Origin: Paludibacteraceae bacterium
Lineage (GTDB): Bacteria; Bacteroidota; Bacteroidia; Bacteroidales; Paludibacteraceae
Assembly: GCA_024405875.1 (NCBI GenBank)
Contig: JAKSOA010000010.1
Span: 3,295-67,294 of the forward strand
DNA length: 64,000 nt
Reading direction: 5' to 3'
In this document: positions 8,136-18,186 of the stretch, one piece after another
Layout: every line of letters begins with the position of its first letter
How positions within the stretch are numbered: the first letter of the stretch is position 1
Notes under the pieces: generated by a model
Seen by the model: the letters and a program-made list of their open reading frames with translations, nothing else
Told to the model about the DNA's origin: nothing
Databases searched by the model: none
Made by a program: the position numbers and the translations under genes

Positions 8136-9380
8136 TTATCCGAGGAATGATATCAGGATTCCCGCCGCAACGGCGGAACCGATAACACCAGCCACATTAC
8201 TTGACATACAGTAGTTCAACACGTGGTTTTTAGGGTCATATTTAAGAGCTATGTCATTGGCCACACGTGATGCCATAGGAACGGCACTCAGGCCGGTAGC
8301 ACCTACAAGCGGATTAATCTTCTTCTTAGTAAAGAGGTTCATTATCTTGACAAGCATAATGCCACCGAATATTGAAAATCCGAAAGCAAGGAAACCTCCC
8401 GCTACAATTCCTATTGTTGTCCAGTTTAGGAATGCCTCAACGGTCATCGTGGCTCCTACAGAGAGTCCGAGGAATATAGTTGCCGCATTCATAATACCGT
8501 TAGAGGCTGCGTCAAACAGACGTGAGGTGTTAGCGCCAATCTCTTTCAACAGGTTACCGAACATAAGCATACCTACAAGTGCCACAGCATCAGGCACAAT
8601 TATGGCCACGATGGTTGTTACCGCTATTGGGAACACTATTTTAAGCACTCTCATATTCTTGAACTCTTGTTTATTAGGATAGAGTTTATCTTGCTCCTTC
8701 ATATTAATCATAAGTTCCTTCTTTCTGCAGGTAAGTTTTACAACAAGCGGAATTATGACAGGCACGAGTGCCATATATGAGTATGCCGCTATGGCTATAG
8801 GACCAAGAAGGTGCGGGGCAAGTTTCAGAGTGGTGAATATTGCTGTAGGACCGTCTGCTCCACCTATGATTGCAAGTGAGCCCGCCTCCTGCATTGTGAA
8901 GAACTGTGACGCTACAAGCAGTACCGCAAAGATACCGAATTGTGCTCCTGCACCAAATATGGCAAGTTTCAGGTTACGCAGCATAGGACCAAAGTCAGTC
9001 AATGCGCCTACACCCATAAATATTATAGGTGGAAGCAGACCTGACTTGATAAGTGCGTAGTAGATATAGTTCATAAGACCCAAATCGTGGGCTATCTCAG
9101 GCAGAGGCATCTCATAAACATTCTTAGCCACCATCACGCCATCTTTCATATAGTGAACCAAGCCGTCTCCGTCAGCACCAAGCACACCCATTCCACCTCC
9201 AGGGAAATTTGCTATAAGTACACCAAATGCGATAGGAACAAGCAACAATGGCTCAAACTCCTTCTTGATACCTAAATAGAGTAGCAGGAAGGCAAGTGCG
9301 TACATAATAAGGAATCGTGGGTCAGCAATAATATCACTGAACGCCGTCATTTGGTATATTTTCTCAAATACATTCTCCAT
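8136..9380 (-). CDS. oadB: Sodium ion-translocating decarboxylase, beta subunit
   Basis: 414-aa polytopic membrane protein typical of OadB/MmdB/GcdB. It is the last gene of an oadG-oadA-oadB operon. Confidence 0.92.
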   Translation of the reverse strand: MENVFEKIYQMTAFSDIIADPRFLIMYALAFLLLYLGIKKEFEPLLLVPIAFGVLIANFPGGGMGVLGADGDGLVHYMKDGVMVAKNVYEMPLPEIAHDLGLMNYIYYALIKSGLLPPIIFMGVGALTDFGPMLRNLKLAIFGAGAQFGIFAVLLVASQFFTMQEAGSLAIIGGADGPTAIFTTLKLAPHLLGPIAIAAYSYMALVPVIIPLVVKLTCRKKELMINMKEQDKLYPNKQEFKNMRVLKIVFPIAVTTIVAIIVPDAVALVGMLMFGNLLKEIGANTSRLFDAASNGIMNAATIFLGLSVGATMTVEAFLNWTTIGIVAGGFLAFGFSIFGGIMLVKIMNLFTKKKINPLVGATGLSAVPMASRVANDIALKYDPKNHVLNYCMSSNVAGVIGSAVAAGILISFLG

Positions 9381-9385
9381 ACGGC

Positions 9386-11239
9386 TTATCCTTTGATTTT
9401 CATTATTACATCATCTTCAGAGATTGAGTCTCCGCTCTTGTAGCAAATCTCTGTAATAACACCGTCACACTCCGCCGCAATGGCGTTAAAGGTCTTCATA
9501 GCCTCAATGTAGCATACTGTCTGACCTTGCTTTACAGTGTCACCAACCTTAACAGGTGTTTCTGCGGCAGACTTTACAAGGTAGAACTTGCCTTCAAGTG
9601 GTGCCTGTAGTTCCTTGCCCTCACCTGGTGCGGCTGTGGCTGCGGGCGCTCCTGCTTGCGGTGCTGCCGCTGAACCATCATTGGCACCTATTGTAACTGT
9701 GTATTTCTCACCGTTTACATCAACTGTAACTGTTTGTGGAAGTGCTATGCCACCCTTTGCACCAGCCTTCTCAGCCTTGCGTTTTGCAAGGTCCTCTTCA
9801 AAGGCAGCCTTTGCCTGACCTGATTTATACAGACGGTACTGTTGCGGGTGCATTGCAAGTTCAAAGAGTTCCTCGTCATCCTGTCCAAGTTCCCAATTGT
9901 TGTCTGCCATCTCCTTGCGGAATGTGTCAAGGGCGTCAGGGTAGTTTGATTGCGGGTCTTCAGTGTGGAACTCACGTCCTTGTTCCTTAGCCTTTTGAAT
10001 AAGTTCAGGAGCAAGCGGACCTGGTAGCGCACCTGCTTTGCCAAGCATCATATCCCAGATGTCATCGGCAATCATAGACCAACGCTCCTTACCCTTCTCC
10101 ATTTGCATAACGTTCATAAGTGCCATATTCTTTACATATTGGCTGAATGGAGTAACCAGACAAGGATAACCCATCTTAGGCCAAATGTAGGCAACTTCAT
10201 TAAATAGTTTTATAAGAAGTTCATCTTGAGACATCGCTGGCAGATTGTTCTTTGCCTTGTATTTGTTAATGCTCTCAAGATTTGTCTCAAGGTCGGTCAT
10301 TAGAGAACCCATCATACCGCCAGGAAGTCCCGGAGCGATAAGAAGAGAGTTCATAAGACGGTTTCGTGATGGAATATAGTAACCAAGGAAGTCATCCATC
10401 ATCTCCTGAATCAGAGTCCTAACCTCCATATATGCCTCCATATTTATCTCAGGAACATCAAAACCGGCATCTTTAAGCATAGCCTGAACAGCAAGCACAT
10501 CAACGTGTCCCGTACCCCAGGAGAGAGGTTCCATACCTACGTCAACATAGTCACAGCCAGCCTTGCAAACCTCAAGAACTGATGCCATAGAGAAACCGGG
10601 ACCTGCGTGTGAGTGGTATTGAACAGGGATATCGGGGTATTTCTTCTTTATGTTTGCTACAATCTGACCAAGTGTCACTGGGCGGCCTATTCCAGCCATA
10701 TCTTTCAGGCATATCTCATCAGCGCCAGCCTCAATAAGTTTGTACGCCATCTCTGTATAATATTCAACAGTGTGAATAGGCGAGAATGTTATGCAAAGAC
10801 TGCACTGTGAAATCATTCCGCCTGCTTTTGCATAGCCTATTGAAGGTATGATGTTACGCAAGTCATTAAGTCCGCAGAATGTGCGGGCAATATCGGTACC
10901 CTGTTTCTTCTTGACAACATAAAATAGTTTTCTGACATCACTTGGTACAGGACTCATTCTTAGACCGTTAAGCGCACGGTCAAGAAGTTGGGTCTGAATG
11001 CCCGCCTCACGGAAAGGTTTGGTCCACTCACGTACGGCTTTGTTCGGGTTCTCTCCAAAAAGAAGATTAACCTGTTCAAAACCACCGCCGTTTGTCTCAA
11101 CACGAGCGAAGCACCCCATCTTTACAATAGCAGGTGCGACTTTTGTAAGTTGGTCAACACGTGGCACATACTTGCCTGCAGCCTGCCACATATCACGGAA
11201 CACCAGGCAGAATTTCACTTGTCTCTTTTTAGTAGCCAT
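9386..11239 (-). CDS. oadA: Oxaloacetate decarboxylase alpha subunit (carboxyltransferase plus C-terminal biotinyl domain)
   Basis: 617 aa. It has a PYC/OADA-type carboxyltransferase domain, an Ala/Pro linker, and a biotinyl-lysine motif EAMKT near the C-terminus. Confidence 0.9.
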   Translation of the reverse strand: MATKKRQVKFCLVFRDMWQAAGKYVPRVDQLTKVAPAIVKMGCFARVETNGGGFEQVNLLFGENPNKAVREWTKPFREAGIQTQLLDRALNGLRMSPVPSDVRKLFYVVKKKQGTDIARTFCGLNDLRNIIPSIGYAKAGGMISQCSLCITFSPIHTVEYYTEMAYKLIEAGADEICLKDMAGIGRPVTLGQIVANIKKKYPDIPVQYHSHAGPGFSMASVLEVCKAGCDYVDVGMEPLSWGTGHVDVLAVQAMLKDAGFDVPEINMEAYMEVRTLIQEMMDDFLGYYIPSRNRLMNSLLIAPGLPGGMMGSLMTDLETNLESINKYKAKNNLPAMSQDELLIKLFNEVAYIWPKMGYPCLVTPFSQYVKNMALMNVMQMEKGKERWSMIADDIWDMMLGKAGALPGPLAPELIQKAKEQGREFHTEDPQSNYPDALDTFRKEMADNNWELGQDDEELFELAMHPQQYRLYKSGQAKAAFEEDLAKRKAEKAGAKGGIALPQTVTVDVNGEKYTVTIGANDGSAAAPQAGAPAATAAPGEGKELQAPLEGKFYLVKSAAETPVKVGDTVKQGQTVCYIEAMKTFNAIAAECDGVITEICYKSGDSISEDDVIMKIKG

Positions 11240-11251
11240 ATTCTTTAGGTT

Positions 11252-11506
11252 TTACTGTTTTTCTATTTTATCAACTTTGCCCTTGCCTCCTGTAATTACA
11301 TTTACCGCCTGTGCTATAGCCTGTGCCACATTAGGCATAACGGCTGCAGGGGTGGCTGCCTTAGGCTGAGGTTTCTCCTCTTCAGGGGCTATTTTGTTGA
11401 CAATGGCAATCAATGCCTTGCCAAGTTCTATTACAAGAATTAGAACAACAAATACAGTTCCCATTCCAATTCCCATTAATTCTAACGCGTAGATAAAATT
11501 TCCCAT
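11252..11506 (-). CDS. oadG: OadG-family decarboxylase gamma subunit
   Basis: 84 aa with a single N-terminal TM helix and an Ala/Pro-rich tail. It lies directly upstream of oadA. Confidence 0.75.
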   Translation of the reverse strand: MGNFIYALELMGIGMGTVFVVLILVIELGKALIAIVNKIAPEEEKPQPKAATPAAVMPNVAQAIAQAVNVITGGKGKVDKIEKQ

Positions 11507-11569
11507 ATTTTTAAGTCTTCTTTTTTGTATATATTATGCATATATGCACTATTCAAGCAAAAATTCTTC

Positions 11570-11577
11570 CAAAGTTA
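11570..11577 (-). promoter_or_regulatory. TAacTTTG -7 box for the oadGAB operon
   Basis: The plus strand reads CAAAGTTA. It lies just downstream of the rsmE terminator and about 60 nt before the oadG ATG. Confidence 0.5.
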
Positions 11578-11579
11578 TG

Positions 11580-11617
11580 AAAAAAAACTGACTTTTGAAA
11601 ATGAATTTTTCCAAAAG
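11580..11617 (-). terminator. Intrinsic terminator after rsmE
   Basis: CTTTTGAAAA / TTTTTCCAAAAG form an imperfect stem. On the minus strand it is followed by T8. Confidence 0.6.
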
Positions 11618-11627
11618 TAATGAAATA

Positions 11628-12338
11628 TCAAGAAAGTTGATTCTTTACTGCTACTACTGAGCAACTGTAGAGTGCCGCAGTCTCAACACGCAGACGCATA
11701 TCTCCTAAGGAGATTGGTGTGAAACCGTTTTTCACCGCTTCCGCCACCTCTTCTTCACTGAAATCACCTTCCGGTCCAATCATTATAAGATATTTGCCAT
11801 TGGGCTGAACCGCTTTTGCCAGCATCTCCTTCTCTCCGCTATGGCAGTGACCTATGAATTTCTGCCCGTCAAATATTGATACACGCTTTAGAAATGCATT
11901 AAATGCGCAAGGCTCGTTCAGTTTTGTGAGGTATGGTTGCATTGACTGCTTCATTGCTGATACAAGAATCTTCTCAATGCGGTCATTTTTCAGTACTTTT
12001 CGCTCTGAGAATGTGCAGAATATAGGGGAAATTTCATCTATGCCAATTTCAGCCGCCTTTTCCACAAACCATTCCAACCTGTCCATATTTTTAGTAGGTG
12101 CTATGGCTATATGAAGATGGTAGTTGCGAGTGCGTATTGTGTCCACCTTCTCCAAACTATTAAGTACGCAGTGTTTTGGGTGTGCCACAGCAATTGTGGC
12201 GTGGTACATTGTGCCTTTACCGTCCATTACCAGGATACTGTCACCAGCCTGCAGACGCAGAACCTTTACTGCGTGGTGAGATTCCTCCTCAGGCAGAGTG
12301 TTGTCAGAGAGAATATTTGGGGCGTAGAATTGGTTCAA
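11628..12338 (-). CDS. rsmE: 16S rRNA (uracil1498-N3)-methyltransferase
   Basis: 236 aa. The N-terminal PUA-like region (HHAVKVLRL..GD) and the C-terminal SPOUT motif (IGPEGDFSEEE) are typical of RsmE. Confidence 0.88.
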   Translation of the reverse strand: MNQFYAPNILSDNTLPEEESHHAVKVLRLQAGDSILVMDGKGTMYHATIAVAHPKHCVLNSLEKVDTIRTRNYHLHIAIAPTKNMDRLEWFVEKAAEIGIDEISPIFCTFSERKVLKNDRIEKILVSAMKQSMQPYLTKLNEPCAFNAFLKRVSIFDGQKFIGHCHSGEKEMLAKAVQPNGKYLIMIGPEGDFSEEEVAEAVKNGFTPISLGDMRLRVETAALYSCSVVAVKNQLS

Positions 12339-12341
12339 GTT

Positions 12342-13439
12342 TTAAATATGTGTTTTTACTGCATAAAGGATATATTTTGCACTTTTATACAGGTAATTCT
12401 TAAGTTTATTGAATAAATATTGAAAAGAAAGTGGAATAAGAAATAATAGTAAAAGATACACCCAAAATGACAATGTTGGCTGATAGCTCCAAAGTGAGTT
12501 TTGAAATGAATGAATATCTGTATTTATTCCAATTTTTATACATAGCCAATTTAGCATGAATAGTACAAATAAATGATGTAACATTATGCTCCATGTGTTC
12601 TCGCTGGCAAATTTTTCGAATTCAGATGTTACAGTATAATGTGTAATTATTCTTGCAATGCGTAGCCAAAACATTATTCCAAGAAAACTGGATACAAAAG
12701 GTTGCCATGTTCCACCATTAAAATTACCATATGCAGAAAAATAAATATATGATGGTGAGAACTTATTAAATGTTAGTAAAAGCAGACCCCATATTGCAAA
12801 ATATAATATATTATTTAAAGCGTCATACTTTTCCAAATATGTCTTATAACAATAACCGAAATGGAAAAAAACGATAAAAAAACAGGTCCTTTTAATGTTC
12901 ACACTAAGTATATCTGGTAGCGAACTCATATCAATGTGCATAGATATTACGGCAATGCATAGTAGCACAATGGCAATAGCCCAATCAGGTATTTTATATT
13001 TTGCACAGAAAATTATTCCATACACTATTTGTACAAAAAATAAGGCAGTTACGAACCAACCAACTAAGTTTAATAGATACTGATCTCCATAAATAAAAGG
13101 AGAGATAAACAAATTGAATACGGAGAAATAATCTTGTGCAGGAAAATAGTTAACTATATGATGTTGATAAATAGTATTTGCCAGAAAAGCGTATACTATG
13201 TTCCATCCAATTAATGGAAGTACCAGATGTTTTACTTTTTTTATAAAATATTTTGGCAATGTTTTCCATTCCAGATTTTTAAAAAAATATCCGGATATGA
13301 AAAAAAACAGAGCCATGTGATATCCGTAAACTGGGAAATATATGTTAGTGTGAATAATACCAGGAATCGAATTCAAATGTCCTATTATGACAAGTAGTAT
13401 CGCAATAATTTCCAAAATAGAGAATTGTCTGTTTCTCAT
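12342..13439 (-). CDS. Acyltransferase family 3 membrane protein (sugar O-acyltransferase-like)
   Basis: 365 aa with about 10 predicted TM segments. The N-terminal IAILLVIIGH motif is typical of acyltransferase_3 proteins. Confidence 0.7.
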   Translation of the reverse strand: MRNRQFSILEIIAILLVIIGHLNSIPGIIHTNIYFPVYGYHMALFFFISGYFFKNLEWKTLPKYFIKKVKHLVLPLIGWNIVYAFLANTIYQHHIVNYFPAQDYFSVFNLFISPFIYGDQYLLNLVGWFVTALFFVQIVYGIIFCAKYKIPDWAIAIVLLCIAVISMHIDMSSLPDILSVNIKRTCFFIVFFHFGYCYKTYLEKYDALNNILYFAIWGLLLLTFNKFSPSYIYFSAYGNFNGGTWQPFVSSFLGIMFWLRIARIITHYTVTSEFEKFASENTWSIMLHHLFVLFMLNWLCIKIGINTDIHSFQNSLWSYQPTLSFWVYLLLLFLIPLSFQYLFNKLKNYLYKSAKYILYAVKTHI

Positions 13440-13443
13440 AAAC

Positions 13444-14118
13444 CTACTTTATTATTTCAGAAACTATCTGGAACAACCTTTGTGGTGCCGATTTCCAGAA
13501 TGCGGCATATTGCTCAGTGTGGTATTCCACCCAAGGGGTGTCGCTTATGATTCTAATGCTTATAAACGGAACATTGTTTTGATAGCAGGCGTGGGCAATG
13601 CTGTTTGATTCCATATCAACTGCAAGCGCTTCGGGGAACTTCTCCTTAATAGCCATCAAGGCGTCATTGTTTGTAATGAACTGGTCTCCTGTGCAAATAA
13701 GTCCGTATTTTACAGTGTCATCAGATACTCTAATCTCTTTTATACGTGCAAGTAGCGCGGAATCCGCAGGTATGTATTTGGGGAATCCCAAATCATCTTG
13801 AGATGCAATCTCCTCACCTATATCAAGGTCGTGGTATGCCGTATATTCGCCTACAACCACGTCACCTTGAGCCACTGAGCGGTCAAGACCACCTGCAACA
13901 CCACTGTTTATAATGTAATCAGGGTGTTCTGTCGCTATCAGTTTAGCGGTGGCAAGGGCTGAGTTAACCTTTCCTATTCCGCTTTTCTGCAATATTATTT
14001 TTTTATCACCCAATACCCCGATGCAATATCCAGGCATATCCACGGTAATATTAGAAAGAGTTTGCTTCATTAAAGCAAACTCAATCTCCATAGCAACTAT
14101 AAGACCTATTATTGTCAT
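13444..14118 (-). CDS. mtnN: 5'-methylthioadenosine/S-adenosylhomocysteine nucleosidase
   Basis: 224 aa of the PNP_UDP_1 family, with Pfs-like motifs (MEIE, SGIGKVNSA, AVDMES). Confidence 0.88.
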   Translation of the reverse strand: MTIIGLIVAMEIEFALMKQTLSNITVDMPGYCIGVLGDKKIILQKSGIGKVNSALATAKLIATEHPDYIINSGVAGGLDRSVAQGDVVVGEYTAYHDLDIGEEIASQDDLGFPKYIPADSALLARIKEIRVSDDTVKYGLICTGDQFITNNDALMAIKEKFPEALAVDMESNSIAHACYQNNVPFISIRIISDTPWVEYHTEQYAAFWKSAPQRLFQIVSEIIK

Positions 14119-14669
14119 TTTTTCGTTGGTTTCTCTGGTTTAGGACACTTAAACAAGATAGGTAACTGATAGATAGATGTTACGGCTTGCCCCGATACGT
14201 AACCTGGCACCCAATCAGGCATCATATTTACAAGTCTCAAAGCCTCTGCGTCAATTGTCGGAGACAAACTGCGGACAACTTCAGGAGAGACTATCCTGCC
14301 CTCTGAAGAAATCATAAATTTCACTACAACATAGCCGTTAATCTTGTTAGGCTTGTCTGCCTCAGGATAAACAAGATTCTCAGCAAAGAATGCGTCCAAA
14401 GCCTCCTTGCCACCAGGGTAGTGAGCCTCTTGTTTCTCCCCTTCTGACAGTTGGTGAACTTTAGTATAAATCATTACTGAATCATTAGAAATGGTAACAG
14501 ACTCAACTGTAGCCATATCCATCTCTTGAGCCACAGCCTTTTTAACGGATTTTCCGTTTATAAGGTATTTTGCACCATCTGGAGCGTCATTGATAGTAGC
14601 GGCCCAGTCTTCAGCAAATGCTAATGTGGCAGTTAGTGCCATAAATGGGATAAATAATAGTTTTTTCAT
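14115..14669 (-). CDS. TonB C-terminal domain protein (secreted)
   Basis: 184 aa with a signal peptide. The C-terminal region HYPGGKEALDAFFAENLVYPE...GYVVVKFMISSEGRI matches the TonB_C fold family. Confidence 0.75.
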   Translation of the reverse strand: MKKLLFIPFMALTATLAFAEDWAATINDAPDGAKYLINGKSVKKAVAQEMDMATVESVTISNDSVMIYTKVHQLSEGEKQEAHYPGGKEALDAFFAENLVYPEADKPNKINGYVVVKFMISSEGRIVSPEVVRSLSPTIDAEALRLVNMMPDWVPGYVSGQAVTSIYQLPILFKCPKPEKPTKK

Positions 14670-14703
14670 AGTTTTTTTTTAAGAATATGCTTATACCTTT
14701 TCG

Positions 14704-14711
14704 CAAAGGTA
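14704..14711 (-). promoter_or_regulatory. TAccTTTG -7 box upstream of the TonB-C domain gene
   Basis: The plus strand reads CAAAGGTA. It lies 35 nt before the ATG at 14669. Confidence 0.45.
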
Positions 14712-14750
14712 TAAAAATATACCATTTAGAAAAAATAAAAGCATAAAATT

Positions 14751-17186
14751 TTATCTTTCAATAACTATTCTGTTAGTTGTAGTATTGTTGTTTTCGCTAA
14801 TAGAGATTATGTAAACGCCTTGTAACAGATTGCTCACATCAACGCTTTCGCCCGTTCCTTTCAAAAGTTCATTACCTGCGATATTAGAAATGATATAAGA
14901 TACGCCATCAGTTCCGCCAGATATTGTAATAATGTCAGATGCAGGATTAGGCCAAGCTGTAATATTAGAATTGTATACATTGTCATCGGTATCTGCAGGT
15001 ATAGGGTCTTTTAGCACGAGACGTATATCACTGTTAGATGTGAGCGTATAGTCTAGGGTGTCTTCAAAAATATTTACAACCTCACCTTCTTCAGATGTTA
15101 TCTGCCAATGGTCAAAGTTATACAACTCGTGGTCAAATGCTGGCTCCAACCGGATTGGTCTTTTGCCAAACAGCAGACCTTCAAAAGGAGTCGCTATGTT
15201 CACACCATATAACTTTATGCCAGCAACACCTCCATCAACAGATATTGTAGTGTTAAATGTACCTTCCACTCCAAAACGCTCTTGCAGGAATTGATACATA
15301 TATTGTGGTCTGTCAAAGAGGAATGTCTTTAATGAACTAAGAGATTCCTCCCATCTGGCAATAGTGTTGTTCTTCCATTTGTCAAACTCGTATGGCATTT
15401 CATTTCTTATCAGATTTGAGAGGCTGTCAACAGATTCTGAGGTGTTGTCATAATGAAGTACTGTTGATAAATAAAGAGCATATCGTTGTGTGAATTCATT
15501 TAAGAACGAGTCATTTGTCATAAGCCTTCTAAACAATCTGTTTGACCATTCCGGATATTTTGATTCAGGTTCAAAAGAAATTAATTGAGAATCAAAAACA
15601 GATGGACTTGACGCTGGTATCTTGTCTCCATATAATCCATAACTGTGATCAGTGTCATATAAGATCCATCGCCATTTATCAATGTTTCTTTCAGACCAAT
15701 ATAATATATTATTATGAGGCCAGTCATCATTACTGATAAATGTTTCCAGAATTAAATAGTCAATATAATTTGATACATCAATATGATTTGTCACATACAA
15801 ATAATCTGATTCGTTCTCAAGCGATGCAGTATCTTTTAGAAATCTTTCCAATAGATTAATATATGAGTCGTTAGAGCCATTTACAATAATGTAATGATTT
15901 TCCACCATATTTACTTCATCCTTATCTATTCCGTAATTTTCCTGTATATAGTGCTCGTCTAATTTTTCTCTTAAATTAAAAATGCCCCAATATTCTCCAT
16001 TTACAAAGACTACAATTGGTTGATATGCCTGATAATCAATGTCCATCCCTTTTGCTATCTCTGCGGATAATATATCGTGCACGTAATCTCCATTAGAGAA
16101 AAAACCCGTATTTCTCAGTTTAATCGCTTTAAAAGTATCATTTTCCCTGTCTTTAAAAAATCGGTATTTTAACTTGCCATCAGAATATTTGCTATTTGTT
16201 TTTAGATTTAATGTTTTTTTAGAAAACGACCTACTGCAACCACCAGCAATTTTAATTCCTAAGTCAATATTAAGTTGGCTGGTGTCAGATTCTCCTAAAT
16301 AGCAGAAATTTGCTGGTCTCTCCCAATCCTGATTCCAATTACGTGGAATGTCAGAGCAGTTCCCTGTTATGCCGTTAGTACCTGTCACATAAATTCCAAT
16401 CTCATCATCAAGCAGATTTTTAGGGTCTGTAACCAGTAGTGCCACTGGCAGTTCAGGTTTTCTCTCATTTATAAGATATGTTTCTGATGCCGGAGTGCCT
16501 GCAGGTGCCCCCTCGATGTATGATACCGCCCTAAGCACTGTTGTCGTTTCAAAAGTTAAAGGCTCTGTGTATAGGTTGGAAGTGCCGTCAGGTACACTTC
16601 CGTCGAGAGTGTATCTTATTTCTGCGAGGTCATCATCTGTGGTTATCTCAACTGTAACAGGTTCATTATAGAATCCTGATTTTTGAGATATCACAGGTGT
16701 TGAAGTCAACACTTTTGATGGGTCATTTGCTGCGGCAGGTGATGGTGGCATAAAGCGTACCATTGTGCCACCGCCGTCTGTAAGTCTGCCGTATGATACA
16801 TCATCTCCTAAAGAGGGTGTCTCCACATTGTTAACTATCTCTCCAGAACTGTCAAATAAGAATATTTTCTCTCCGTCTTTAGAAATTTTGAAATTTAGGT
16901 GCAGACCCTCACCCTTGTCATCAGCATATATTAGCAAATAAGACTTAGGTGCTATAACAGTGCCTTCCGGTAGTTGATATTTTAGTTTTGATTTCTTATC
17001 AGACATATACCATCCGCTAATATCAGTGGTGGCACTATCATCATTGTACAATTCTATCCAGTCCGGATACTCTCCTTCCACCTCATACGTGGTGTTGGAC
17101 GCCACAACCTCATTTATGTAAATTGATGCAAATGATGGAACTATGTATAAGAAAATAGTTGCTAACAAAAGTTTAAATTTTCTCAT
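14751..17186 (-). CDS. Secreted CotH kinase-family protein with lamin-tail domain and T9SS C-terminal sorting domain
   Basis: 811 aa with a signal peptide and an LTD-like segment (INEVVASN...DWIELYN). It also has a chitobiase-C-like segment (IRYTLDGS) and a CotH core (VFVNGEYWGIFNLREK, WILYDTDHSYG). The C-terminus is a T9SS type-A sorting domain (WPNPASD...GVYIISI...IVIER). Confidence 0.85.
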   Translation of the reverse strand: MRKFKLLLATIFLYIVPSFASIYINEVVASNTTYEVEGEYPDWIELYNDDSATTDISGWYMSDKKSKLKYQLPEGTVIAPKSYLLIYADDKGEGLHLNFKISKDGEKIFLFDSSGEIVNNVETPSLGDDVSYGRLTDGGGTMVRFMPPSPAAANDPSKVLTSTPVISQKSGFYNEPVTVEITTDDDLAEIRYTLDGSVPDGTSNLYTEPLTFETTTVLRAVSYIEGAPAGTPASETYLINERKPELPVALLVTDPKNLLDDEIGIYVTGTNGITGNCSDIPRNWNQDWERPANFCYLGESDTSQLNIDLGIKIAGGCSRSFSKKTLNLKTNSKYSDGKLKYRFFKDRENDTFKAIKLRNTGFFSNGDYVHDILSAEIAKGMDIDYQAYQPIVVFVNGEYWGIFNLREKLDEHYIQENYGIDKDEVNMVENHYIIVNGSNDSYINLLERFLKDTASLENESDYLYVTNHIDVSNYIDYLILETFISNDDWPHNNILYWSERNIDKWRWILYDTDHSYGLYGDKIPASSPSVFDSQLISFEPESKYPEWSNRLFRRLMTNDSFLNEFTQRYALYLSTVLHYDNTSESVDSLSNLIRNEMPYEFDKWKNNTIARWEESLSSLKTFLFDRPQYMYQFLQERFGVEGTFNTTISVDGGVAGIKLYGVNIATPFEGLLFGKRPIRLEPAFDHELYNFDHWQITSEEGEVVNIFEDTLDYTLTSNSDIRLVLKDPIPADTDDNVYNSNITAWPNPASDIITISGGTDGVSYIISNIAGNELLKGTGESVDVSNLLQGVYIISISENNNTTTNRIVIER

Positions 17187-17191
17187 AAATT

Positions 17192-18166
17192 TTATTGCTT
17201 TAGAAATTCATATTTTAGTGTTCTTGCCAATCCCTCTTTAAGAGTGAAAGGTGGCTTGTACCCCGATGCCATAGCCTTAGAGGAGTCAAACTGTGTTACC
17301 GCACAGAATTTCTTAACCCTGACGCTACTTATGGTAAGTTTTTTCCTTGTAATCCAAGCCAATAAATCAAAACAGTAGCCTCCGCACATTCCAATGCAGT
17401 ATGGTATGTGAAGTGGAGATATATGCCTGTTTAGGGTTTGAGATACAATAGGCACAAGTTCATTCATAGATAAATCAGGCTTGTCTATATAGTTGTAAAC
17501 CTCATATCCTGTTTTTTGAGTGTCAAGTAGGAAATTAATGAATGCCACCACATTACCTACGTAAGCCATAGATTTTACATTGTCTCCTTTGCCTATCATC
17601 ATAAACTTACCTGAGGCTATTTGGTTAAGCAGGTTATAGACATTGCCTCTGTTGCGTTCTCCAAAAATCACCGTTGGTCTAAGTATGCTTATGTTCATAT
17701 CAGAATGAGTCTTATACCACTCCTGTAACACTTGTTCCGCCTGCCATTTGCTCTTGCCATAATGATTAAACGGGTCTGCGGGATGTTGCTCATTAGGATT
17801 AACCTTATTAAGCCCATAAACCGCCACAGAACTTGTAAATACGAGGCGTTTAATTCCATTTGCCTCCATTGCAGCCAATGTGTTACGCATACCATCTACG
17901 TTTACATCGTAGTAAAGAGATGTGGGAGTAACATCATCTCTGTGCTCGGCGGCGAGTAATACAACGGTATCAGCACCCTTTAGCGCCTTTGTAAGTGATG
18001 GCAAATCAAGCACATTTCCTATTGTAACTAATTCAGGATATGTTTGGCTTGTCTGCTTGTCATAGATATAGACATCCTTTTTTTCTGATAACAAAAGTTC
18101 TGTAAGTCTGGTTCCTACAAATCCGGAACCACCTATAATTGCAATTTTCATTTTTGTGTATGTCAT
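17192..18166 (-). CDS. NAD-dependent epimerase/dehydratase family protein
   Basis: 324 aa with the Rossmann motif IIGGSGFVG and an SDR extended-family YxxxK (YGKSK). The start could instead be the internal MKIAIIGG at 18151. Confidence 0.85.
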   Translation of the reverse strand: MTYTKMKIAIIGGSGFVGTRLTELLLSEKKDVYIYDKQTSQTYPELVTIGNVLDLPSLTKALKGADTVVLLAAEHRDDVTPTSLYYDVNVDGMRNTLAAMEANGIKRLVFTSSVAVYGLNKVNPNEQHPADPFNHYGKSKWQAEQVLQEWYKTHSDMNISILRPTVIFGERNRGNVYNLLNQIASGKFMMIGKGDNVKSMAYVGNVVAFINFLLDTQKTGYEVYNYIDKPDLSMNELVPIVSQTLNRHISPLHIPYCIGMCGGYCFDLLAWITRKKLTISSVRVKKFCAVTQFDSSKAMASGYKPPFTLKEGLARTLKYEFLKQ

Positions 18167-18186
18167 TTTAAAAAAGTGTTAAAAAT

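Noticed and set aside
10998-11369. 123-aa plus-strand ORF spanning the oadA/oadG junction
   Set aside because: It is antisense to two well-supported operon genes and has a low-complexity translation.
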